From Chlorokybus atmophyticus (taxonomy: Eukaryota > Plantae > Mesostigma and Chlorokybus algae), in the NCBI GenBank assembly GCA_009103225.1, contig RHPI01002368.1:277397-341396 (forward strand): 64,000 nucleotides of DNA, given 5' to 3'. This document shows positions 49,095 to 60,648 of this stretch, piece by piece. Both the position numbers and the translations under genes were made by a program. The first letter of the stretch is position 1, and every line of letters begins with the position of its first letter. The notes below the pieces were generated by a model, which had not been told where the DNA came from, made no database searches, and saw only the letters and a list, made by a program, of their open reading frames with translations.

Positions 49095-50262
49095 CAAGCC
49101 ACAGCCAACATTATCCACAGCAGGAGAGGTGCAACACCAGGGTTTACAATCACACACGTTGCAGCCTCACAGCGCAGGCCCAACACAGGCGTGCTCACCA
49201 CTTGCATGTAACATGAGCATGAGCATATGCACACCTCATTCAACATACTATGTGTTGCATCATACAAGATTGACAAGCTTGTATGTAACATATGCATGCC
49301 TGGTATCATCCATCAATGCATGTAAAAAAGTGTTGTATGTAAACCGCGTACTTAGAATTGGACTTAAGCAACCTAGTGTTGTATAAGGTATGGCATTTGC
49401 ATGCAATAAACGGACACCACCACCACATGCATTGGCATGAGTAGAAAATGTAGGTCGGGGGGTATAGCTTTATCTATCAATACAGCTACCAACCCTACAC
49501 CCTTAAGTGCATGTGTGTTGTGCAATGGGATGGGATGGGATGGGCATGAGCATGTGACGCAGCAAAGCGTCTAGGCTGCACCTACAGAGAGAGGCAGAGC
49601 AGGAGGAGGCGTGTCAGTGCTTGAGCGCTGGGATAGCATCGGCAAATGCCGTGTTGTGCAGTGCAGTGCGTGAGCTGGACCCCACGCCCCCACCGCCGCC
49701 AACACCATCGATACTACGGTATGTGATACTTAAATAGCAGCCTCCACTCAGTTTGATGATTATACCTGGCAATCGATGCGCGATGGTGGGTCGGTGGGTG
49801 GGTGGGGGGATGCATTACGGCCGAGTTAAGGTAATGCTAGTTGCGCTGTGTTTGAGTCACGCATAAAACTGATGTACATTTTTGAACGAATGTAGAGGCT
49901 TGTAGGCTTTTGCATACCCTTACCCTTTTGTTTGGGGGGGGGGGGGGGGGGGGGGNCATACCTTATATACCGAAGCAAATAATGCGCAACACGTGCATTC
50001 ATTGTGCATGCAGACTTAAGCACGGTCGAACACCCCCGTGCATGATTAACATCGCACATGTAATGAGCATAACCGCGAGATGCGCAGCAATGGGCCGCTG
50101 TTGCAAAGATAGTACAACACCGTGTGTGTACATACGATAGTGGCATTGCCGTATGGAACCATTGCCTCTGCACGATAATGCTAGGGTGCGTTCTCCAACT
50201 TGATGCAGTTATGCATAGATTTAATGCTGGGCAGGTGCACATGCGCTTGCATGCAGCTTTTT

Positions 50263-50339
<77 letters not shown>

Positions 50340-50580
50340 NNNNNNNNNNNNNNNNNNNNNNNNNNNNNNNNNNNNNNNNNNNNNNNNNNNNNNNNNNNNN
50401 NNNNNNNNNNNNNNNNNNNNNNNNNNNNNNNNNNNNNNNNNNNNNNNNNNNNNNNNNNNNNNNNNNNNNNNNNNNNNNNNNNNNNNNNNNNNNNNNNNNN
50501 NNNNNNNNNNNNNNNNNNNNNNNNNNNNNNNNNNNNNNNNNNNNNNNNNNNNNNNNNNNNNNNNNNNNNNNNNNNNNNNN
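50340..50580. other. Assembly gap between an (AG)n tract and a G-run
   Basis: Run of N. Confidence 1.
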
Positions 50581-52906
50581 GGGGGGGGGGGGGGGGGAGT
50601 ATCACGCACGCCACCACACCACACCACACGACACCACACATGCTCCACAACTAGCCGGTGGCACCGACTTTACCCCCTTTTGCTGTCGGTTGTTTGGTTA
50701 CCCGTTTCCCCTTAAATGACGCACAAACAGCACTCACTTACAGATAGCTATTTATGACCGCGATGCCGCTTCAATGGCTGTCCCTGCTATCCTTGCCTGG
50801 TATTTCTTTTGGTATATACATGTACGGTCAGACCAAGTTCAAGCTATTCGCCATGAAAACATGTACCACATGCATATGGGATGTTGTAATCACACTATAC
50901 GGACACACAACCTAGATAATGCACGGTACATATCTTTAACAACTTGTTACATGGAACCGTATTTGTTGTAAAACATATCCTACCAACCATGCCCAACCAA
51001 ACACCATCCGCACTCGGCACAGCCTGCACAGTATGTTCAATGCACGTTTGCTGACTAACGCCACAATGTTCACCAAGCACCACGTGCTCCTCCGTGGTTG
51101 ATGCTGACGGCTGCACCGCAAAACAGACATAACTTTACACTTGTGTGCTCAGAGTGCGATGTTTGTTACCTTACGAGAGCATGCACAGGTGCACACTTGT
51201 CAAGTCGTGAAAGTATTTGCAGTCACATATAATTGGCTTTGCATTTGCTTATGAGTAATATTATTAGCTTAAAACAACACAGTGTGGCTGAGCCAAAGTA
51301 TGATTTCATAGGTATAAGTGTACCATATAATGTGGAAGGTATTTATTATGTGGTGTGAGACGTTTATTAATTTTGTCAGTGTACATGTGTAAGTAGTCAT
51401 GTTTAAATAGAATACCTCTGCTTATCATCGAATCGGATTGTTATTGTTATGATAAAAGGTCAAATATTTGTTGGAGATTGTTCATTGCTTGCTAGTTTGT
51501 ACTATAAACGATCATCACTTACTATTTTATACAACAAACTGCATGATGTTGATGTAACTATCGAAAATATTATATATATAATACTACACAAGAATAAGTG
51601 AGCAAAATAACAAAACATACTTAAATTGTATTGACGGACTTATAGCATATCTTTTATTGACACCTCAACAAAAGGAGCAAAACACGCTCAGCTAAAGGCG
51701 ATTATGTATGCATATCAATTCCATGAGGGCTTCATTACAAAAGTTGTAAACGCCATGAACTGTCAATTTAATACACTTATAATTGGGTACTTTGCTGTAT
51801 CAATTCTAGTAATGTAGTCAACTTTAAATATTTAAGTACATTCCTCTTTGTCAATTAAAAACATTGAGATATGTCACCTTGTGTTAAATGGTTGATTGGT
51901 ATGCATTACGGAAGAATATTCCGCGTATTACATAGCAAACAAGCGACAACACGCTTGCATCATGAAGCTATTAATATAAAACAAATATAGTTTTTAAACT
52001 CGACTTTGGCTCTACGGTGATGCAATTGCATGGTATTATTGTAGTTTACAGCTTTGTAGTTTTTTGCGTGCACATATAAGCATGTAACGACACAATCTAC
52101 ATACTTTGAATATTCGAGCCTCAAATGTGATTCAAAGAACACGCATACGTATACGTTCGACTTCACACTTCACACTTCAATGCTTGTACACGTAGATGTC
52201 TACGTCTCGATTTAATGATTACTATTACTACGATAATTGCTTTCTTGGAACTTCTTATGTTTCATCATTTGGTTTCTTATTGACTTCTCAATAATAAGTC
52301 ATTTTTGCATTCTGCTGTTATTACGCACTGCTTGCACATTGTCTCTTTGCCCTTCTTCCCTCACATCTTTGCACATTTTCTCAAATGCAACGCATAGCAC
52401 GTGTACTGTATTGTATTGTAGTATTCCATTTACAAAAATATGTTGTACACGGTGTACAACATGATCTTTCAAATGGATTTCAGGATATCTATATAAGCTT
52501 GCCGCGATATTGCAATCAGCTTGTGAAAGCTGACGTTTTCCAAGCAACACCGCCGGATCAGGTTTTATACATAATCGATATAAGGTTTATTTATTAATGA
52601 CGTTTTGATTTGGCTGTCCTACTGTCGTGTATGAGTGTGACCCATGTTATCATAATTTTTATGAATGCGCTTCTTTACGTAACAACGACTTTTACATGCA
52701 TCGTATTGCTATTGAACATTGAATATTCGTCATGTACCGGATCTTAAGCTTTACATTGGCGGTTGAACTGCATGCGTAGCTTGACCTACCCAGGCAAGCT
52801 ACGCAGACGATTGAGCTAAGTGATATGTGTCTATGTGTACCCCGACATTGTCTCACTACGTTACTTTCAAGTTGAGGCAAACGTTTCTCGTTGTTGTTGG
52901 TGCTCC

Positions 52907-53420
52907 GGATGAAATACAGGGGGCCCCTGTATTTCATCCTGTGCGTAAACAGCAGTCGAAACTTTCGCGAAAGTCCCACTCCCCTTGTGCCATTGGTGCG
53001 CCACCAGCATGACATTCAGCCCTAACCAGTCGGGCCGCCAAGCCATCGAACCGGCTCGGAACTTCCGGGCCCCTTGTATTTCATCATGTGCGTAAACAGC
53101 AGGCGAAACATTCGCCGCGAAAATCCCAATCCCCTTGTGCCATTGGTGCGCCACCAGCATGACATTCAGCCCTAACCAGTCGGGCCGCCAAGCCATCGAA
53201 ATGGGCTCTTATTAAGGCCTAAAAATCTGCGACTTTCTGTGCCAGTCGCTCATTGTTGTTTGTGCTCCGGCCCGGAACTTCCGGGCCCCTGTATTTCATC
53301 CTGTGCGTAAGCAGCAGGCGAAACTTGACATGACATTCAGCCCTAACCAGTCGGGCCGCCAAGCCATCGAGATGGGCTCGTATTGGGGCCTAAAAGTCTG
53401 CGACTTTCTGTGCCAGTCGC
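52907..53420. repeat. Mosaic tandem repeat of shuffled 25-45 bp modules, opening with a 33-nt palindrome
   Basis: gggccc(c)tgtatttcatc occurs 3 times, atgacattcagccctaaccagtcgggccgccaagccatcga 3 times, ccccttgtgccattggtgcgccaccagc twice and tctgcgactttctgtgccagtcgct twice. Confidence 0.92.
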
Positions 53421-54355
53421 TTGTGACTGACCGGGAGTCACATGGGTTATTGTAATTTGAGATGGGCCTGTCGGCTACGACTGCCGTCACTGCCATCCAC
53501 TGACTTGCAATTGTTGCCCGCGGTTATACAGACTGCCGCTGACACAACAACAAGCAGGCGCAACCGGTCAGCGCACCGCTAAGGGTCACAGCGGACCAAA
53601 GGACCGGTCCACACAGACAGCCGGCACTCAACGGCCCAGCACAGTCAGTGCGACTCTACACCGACCGGATGAGATTTATTGCGACTATCAGGCCCCAATG
53701 ACTTGGGGCTTGGCGTCGCGACTGTAACGGAGACATCCGACGCTTACAGAGAGGCCTGCTTGCACGGTGCACCTGTGCTCGGTATAGCAATCGCACTAGC
53801 ACAAATTCATCAGGAACCGGAGCATGCGGTTCCCCGCGCACGGACGTTAGCCTAAACCCGCTCCAAAAGGTATGCTCACAACATGCTCGACTAGAATATT
53901 GAACTTGTTAACAAAACCGATCAAGTTTGAGAAAAAGCGCCTGCTGCGTGCGCCAATCCAATCGCTTTCGCGTCCTCATCCGCTCGCCAGCCAATCGCAG
54001 CGCAGCCCCAGCAAAAAAGAGACCAACTCACAAACCCCCAAAAGAAAACGTAGTCCCACAACAAGATCCGGGCAGAGATTGGGGATACCCCTTGTTTGTC
54101 AACTTTACGCACTGTAGAAACTTTTGCAGTAAGCACACCGCGGTGCACTAGCCGTCTTGGGCCAATCCTGACCGAGTAAGACAACGCAAACAGGACTGAG
54201 CTCGTATTGTACAGTAACCGCGTTATTGCTCAGACTTGTTTGTGTGAAAGTTGAGATTTGGTGGGATTGGGATTTGCAGTGGGGCGACAATTTGTGGATT
54301 TTGCGTGCGTAGGTGAAGGGTGTGACTATCGCCGTTGTAGTTGTGCGTGTCAGCC

Positions 54356-55167
54356 ATGGCGTCGGCGGTGAGCGTGTCGGCCTCCACCTTTGCTGGACAG
54401 CGCCTGTCGCTGCGCTCCAAGCAGACCCGCCAGGTCCGCCCTGCCAGGTATGCGCGATGAGGGGATTCATGCTAAAACTGAGGTTGAGTGTGGTTGGGAG
54501 GGGAGGTTTCCCCCTTTCTGCGTGTGTGGGTTGTCCTTTAGCACAACGATGCGAGGTAAAGTCGGTAAGTAAGTCATTGCTTCACAGTTTGACGATGAAA
54601 CAGGACCCCGGCTGTGGCCAAGTACGGCTCCGATGGCGTCTACTTTGATCTGAAGGATCTGTCCCAGACCACCGGCAAGTGGGACCTGTACGGCAACGAT
54701 CAGAAGGAGCGGTACCCCGGCATCCAGGTACACATTTCAATTAACTTTTAACATAAACGCATGCCACTTCCCTCTCTCTACATGTGTATTCAATTGAGAG
54801 GGTGTACTGGCATGTGTGGTGGGTGTTTTTGTGGGTTACATGTGCTGCAGCGGTAGCGGTAAGTCAGGGTGCCTTCCAGGTGTTGTCATCGTAGCTAGAG
54901 CAGCGTTACTGAAGTCAGACATATGCGTTTACACACGGTTTGCAGCAGTGTTTCACTTATGCGTATAACGTGTGTGTTTGGCAGAACAAGTACTTCGAGA
55001 CCGCTGCTGGTCCCCTCTCCCGCCGCGGCACGATGCTGTTCGTGTTGACATCACTGGCTATCGGTTTCCCCATCACCTACGGCCTCAAGGGCGCCAAGGA
55101 CGCTAACCTCGCCATTGTCAACGGGCCCAAGCTCCCCCCGGTCCCCGGCCCCCGTGGCCGCATCTAA
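54356..55167 (+). CDS. PSAH: Photosystem I subunit H (PSI-H), 3 exons
   Basis: Exons 54356-54447, 54604-54727 and 54985-55167 give a transit peptide plus AKYGSDGVYFDLKDLSQTTGKWDLYG...KYFET...GPKLPPVPGPRGRI. Confidence 0.96.
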
Positions 55168-56485
55168 AGTCCTCGCCCTGTACCTACCCTGTTCCCCTAC
55201 CCAACCAATGTGTAGATGTGAGATTGGTATATAGGGTTTGGTTGCGCTGAAGCCTACCTTGTATTGGATCCGGATATACATGTACTTTGACTCGAGCATT
55301 CCATGTCACTGCTGTGCCTACTCGCAGCATGCTGATTCAGTTGGGTTTGCTGGTTGTGTCATTGCCAATTCCTCTGCACACGTACAGCAGTCGGCGTGGG
55401 TGTTGTGGTGTGTGACAGAACTAGTAAACCATCATGCGTGTGCGGTTGCTCTGATTTCGTGCACCACCCTAACGCATATTTGGATGCATAATGGAGCAAT
55501 GTCTTATGCTTTACATAGCATTGGTAAAAGCTAATGGTTTAAGCTGTTGATTCAGAGATATGGTGGAGACGAATTAAACTGTTTTCAAGCGCGCTACAGA
55601 TGGGTGCAGTGTACTGTTGTAGTTGATACTCCGGGCTTCCGAGTATAGCTGTATAAGCCAGTAGCTGAGCAGGCACAAACAACAGATAGGGCAACACCAA
55701 CACTTGTATGCACTGCGGGCTGACCCAAGCTTATATGAACAGCACATTGCCGCATACAGTTACTGCAAGTGTGTAAAAGTACTTTACTTGTACATAGTGC
55801 ATTCACATGGTGGTGTTGGTGTTGGTGTTGGTAGATTTAGTGAGTAGGGCCCCGGTAATATCATGCTGATGATGAGTTTGAGTTGCTGACTGTATACTGG
55901 ATGCTGTATCATACATATGCCACGCGCATTGTATGTACATGCTCAGCGTATGCTAGTCACACTCCTTGCTTGTTCAATGCGTGCACATACGCACACCATA
56001 TTGTTCGTACACTAGCGGGCAGATAGGTAGGCAGAGGCTGTGGGCTGCTGGAGCGGGGCACGGCGGCGAAGGCGGTGGTCAAACCTAGAAACGAGTGCAA
56101 CATCTTCATAGCTTCAGGACTTGTGCAGAACTTCTGGAGCAGCCTGAGCGAGCCATGCTGACGTGAAGTTGCATTGCATACTACCCTCCATGACCATAAA
56201 TACGACCTTGAGACCTTACATGAACTAGGCTCTGCAAATTGCCATGGACATTTCTTGTCAGCTCACAACTGCGAAGAGCAAGGAAAAGCATAAGCATTGC
56301 TTGAGAGGTTGTGTTCATAGGAGTGCGCAAGCCGTACACCAGTAACAAACTGAATGCTTCGCGGCGCCCCCTGTTGAGCACCATGCACTAAAAGGATAAA
56401 GACCGGGAAACTCGTGCAATTCTGCCCACATACAAGCTGGCTGATGTCCAAGTCATCACCGCCTGCGCTGACATGTCGCGTTGAC

Positions 56486-58287
56486 TCAGGCTTCCTGTTG
56501 AACTGGTTGAGCCTGTTGATCCGTGCGGTTCATCCCGCCTTCTCCACCGCGACCACGACCACGCCCACGACCTCGGCCGCGCCCTGCCAAGCTTGTATTC
56601 AAAACTACTGATGCTGTACGCGTGCCTGTGACCAGTGGTCACTGACCACACCCATAGTGCCGGGTGCAAGCAAGAGGTGCACACATATACGCATGCACAC
56701 ATGTGAAGGCACATGGCATACACAGACGCAAGTAAGCACGGCTGCATCGACATTCAAGCAACAGCTCTGCTTACCGCGGCCACGGTAGCCATTGGCACCT
56801 GCGTCTCCGTCTGCGCCCTGCGTCTCAGCCTGACCGCCATCACCTACGCCCTGGTAGCCAAGACCCTGTGTGGGGCAAGTATTGAGTACCGAATGCCTAC
56901 ACAGTCACTTCGCTCCCATAGCACAAGCCCTGCTTACAACAAGGAAACCACAATGATAACCCACCCCGCCGCGTCCTCGACCCCCCCGGCCCCGGCCTCT
57001 GCCCCTGCCGCGACCCCTTCCGCCCTGATACTCTCCTGCACCGTCCACGCCTTCACCTTCGCCATTGTCCACATACTCGCCACTGTCACCGTCACCTGGC
57101 AGTCATGCAGATGTCACCGACCGCTGCACAGTGGCCGTTATGGTCTCACCGCTCAAAGAAGCATGCATGACATGCTATGCACACAGGCTGGAGCACTATT
57201 TAGCATGGCATGTACCGTAACCGCCACGCCCGCGCCCGCGCCCACCACGCCCCCTGCCCCTGCCCCTGCCGCGCGGTCCGCGTGGGGAACGATCACCACC
57301 ATAAGATGCTGTGAAGTCCTGCAGAGGTTGGACCTGGTCTTCTGGCAAAGGTGGCTGGTACCTGCACGCCAAGTGAACAAAAGCTGTGATCTACAACCTA
57401 TTTCAAAACGAACAGCAGTTCTTGCAAGACTAAGCAATGCATGTGAAGTTGCATCTGCAAGCTCAACATGCAATCTTATGTGCAATACACAACATGTTGA
57501 CAAGTGGTAGGTGCTTACCCAGTTGCGTTGACGTCCTTGGCAGTCTTGCTGAGGGTCAGGGTGATCATGCTGACATGCCGTGTAGTCTCGATGTGGTTAA
57601 GGCCCTCCTCGATCGGTTCCCATACGTCCACAATGTCCGTGGAGGCAATCTCCGTGTTCTGATGAAGCCCCACAATACGACGCTGGAATGTGCCGACACG
57701 GGCATCAGTAGTGCGGGCAGCAAGCTAAGCGACTTTCATGATTGCCGACCCATGCATCAAGAACACCTACACAACTTCTATCACCTGCCTGATGGTGCAT
57801 ACGCCTACGGTAAGCTTACACTAACAGCTTTGCAATTACTCATGCACAACCAACTATGAACTCCCCACGCCAGAATCCCCCTGAACAATGACATACATTC
57901 TGGCTTGCATGCCATAGTTGGCATCAGTACCTTGATAATCTCTGCAATAGTCACTGTCTTGTTGATGGCACGGCCCATCGCCTTCAGCACAATTTCGTCC
58001 AGGCCCTTGTCCTGTGAACAACCGAAAAGCACGATGAGTGGACGTTGCGATGGTTATGTTGCATGCCAACGTGCACAACTGGCATGCATGCGGGTTAGTA
58101 AGCCACACACACCAAGGCATGCATGAACAAGCAGTGAATGCACTGCCTGTTGGCATCTAACAACCTGCAGAAGAGTGGTAGCGTAGGTGATGTAGTTGCG
58201 CATCTTGCCCTGCGTGGTAATCCTGATCTCATTCTCGCTGATGGGAGCCTCAGCGCGGGCCTTCTCGACACGGACGTACCGGTCCAT
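56486..58287 (-). CDS. Alba-domain (Rpp25-type) nucleic-acid-binding protein with an RGG tail
   Basis: ENEIRITTQGKMRNYITYA|...LKAMGRAINKTVTIAEIIK|RRIVGLHQNT...WEPIEEGL...TTRHVSMITLTLS, followed by RGG-rich exons. Confidence 0.95.
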
Positions 58288-58343
58288 GGCGGCGACAAGT
58301 AGGACGACAACCTTCACCAAGTCAGTAACAACCTTCACCACCC

Positions 58344-58352
58344 AAACCCTAA
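58344..58352. promoter_or_regulatory. Telo-box (AAACCCTAA) just upstream of the Alba start
   Basis: Exact motif. Further copies lie at 58548-58556, at 60526-60534 (upstream of the kinase) and at 34489-34496. Confidence 0.6.
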
Positions 58353-60648
58353 AACCACCTTATACACCAGCGCCAGCGGCGCCTGCCCGCCTTGAACGGC
58401 GAGACCGAGACTCGCAAAGCTTTCCTCCAACACTCCACGCAGCGACCTTGCCCTGCCGCAACAAACTCCAGCACCCACGGCGGCGGCGGCAGCGACGACG
58501 ACAACAACGGCACGGACCGCGGCGCTGGTGGCGGCGACGACGACGCGTTAGGGTTTCAGTTAAGATCGCCGTCAAGCCAGTTTTTTCGTTGCAAACTCCA
58601 TGCAACGAAACACTGTTTATGTGTGGTATGTGGGTACAGTGGGTACTGTAGACTTTATTGGGCAGTACCTACTGGCCATTGCATGCATCATGCATGGTGC
58701 ATGCTAAGTCTTCGGGCGTAAAACTATCTTGCAGTGCAGTGAATTTCAACCGCGATTCGGCGGGCAACCGTAACCGCACTGGACTGGAAAATTTTCCCAT
58801 TACACAATGGAAATGCTTAAAAGTTCACCAAGAGTCCTATAAGAGTCCACTAAGAGTCCATTACTTGTACTTGCAATGCATCATGACTACACGGGGCTTC
58901 TGGTGGCACATGCCACTAGAAGCTCAGTGTAGTCATTTAAAAACAATTCTGTGCATGTCGCTTTTAGTGACAAAAGCCGCACTCAGCTGCCAGCATAAAA
59001 CTACTGAAGGCCAATAAGCAGAAGTCGTTTTGAGTTGCTTGTTATGCGTTCGTGCGTAATATCGTGCGCAAAAGTTAATATATTATCGACGCGAGTAGAG
59101 AATGCGGACACACGATTAATGTGGTTGCATTGTGCAAGTTTTTTTTTCGACTCGATACACCCTCAACGTAATCAACATTAATAATATAGCTAAATTTGCA
59201 AAGTCGTATACATTTGCACCAATAAAGATGGATAAGTAGTACATTCATGTGAAGACATGTAGACATACAAATGGTCGCATACGTTAATATAGATATACAT
59301 ATTTTTATTAATTAATTTTATTAATTAACTTTTTTCAGCAACCATGCTAGTATTATGCATTAGTAAGCAAAATCGTATACATCAGTAGTACACACATGAT
59401 GCTTGTATCACTTTGATATATGCACGCAAAAAACAAATTATTATATGCAGAATTGTAGCACAAAATATGCATTATCTGTGCGCGCGTGTCTGCCAATACC
59501 GTGCGCAATTATGCGCAACGCAACGACGGCATTGCGTAGTAATGATCATCATCACATGATGTGCGTGATCAACAATTTCGCACTTTCTCACATTTTTCTA
59601 TATGATATGGTGAAAGTCATAAATAAAGGTTATTATTGAATATAACAATTGTGATAAAATTATATGATCATCATGTTTCCTATATGCTTGGTTTGCAGCT
59701 GTGCACGTTACAAGTTGTACATAGCCATTATACTTACCATTATTGCAAAAACAAGCAACTCAACTTCGGATACCAATTACGAACGGTACAAATGCAATTT
59801 CACAATATTTTACATCGTGTGCTAGCTATTCGCATTTGGGGTACACGAAGTTGTTAAGCATGGCATGGCATTTACTATAAATAAAATTCATTAAATATGC
59901 AACGGAAATTGTGTATTGGATTTTATAAAATCAATATATATCCATATATACATATATACACACACACATATATATATGTATATATGTATATGTATATATG
60001 TATATATATACACACACACATATATATATGTATATATGTATATGTATATATGTATATATACGCATTGGTCAAACAATGCAACGTAATAGTTTAAATTGCT
60101 CGTATGCACCGGAGGTATACGCTGATATGTAGATCAAATCATTATAATAACAAATTGCTAAGGTAGCAAGGCACAAGCACGCCAAGTGTAAGTTTGCAAC
60201 AACAACAAGTATATGGCTACGATTAATATTGCACAGTTATGATAAGATGTCGTTAGCACCAAGGAGCCTATGAACAAATGCGCACGACGTATTGTGGCTC
60301 ATAGATTACCGGGTATGAGCCATTCATTTGGATTGAATGAGTCATAATGCATGAGCCATAATTCATGCTGCTCACAGTGTGCAGCACACACAGGCTGTAC
60401 AGTGACACTGCAGTCTGCATGGCACTCGATGATTACAACCACATACCTACATTCCTATAAGCAACGTGCCATGTCGAACAATAGAACCTTTATCAAAACG
60501 GCAGTTTGGCGCCAAATTACAAAACAAACCCTAAGACCGACAACATGGCGGAGCAGCGGCATGTGCGGCGTGGGCGGCGGCGGTAAGGGATGCGCAGCAG
60601 GAAGAGGAGGAGGAGGAGGAGGAGGAGGACGACGAGCTAGCTGACGGG

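Noticed and set aside
51000-52750. AT-rich tract as Helitron or organellar insertion
   Set aside because: No diagnostic termini or coding similarity was seen.
52907-53420. CRISPR-like array
   Set aside because: Eukaryotic locus, the intervening sequences are themselves repeated, and there are no unique spacers or cas genes.
56713-57510. 265-aa plus-strand ORF
   Set aside because: Antisense to the GC-rich RGG exons of Alba.
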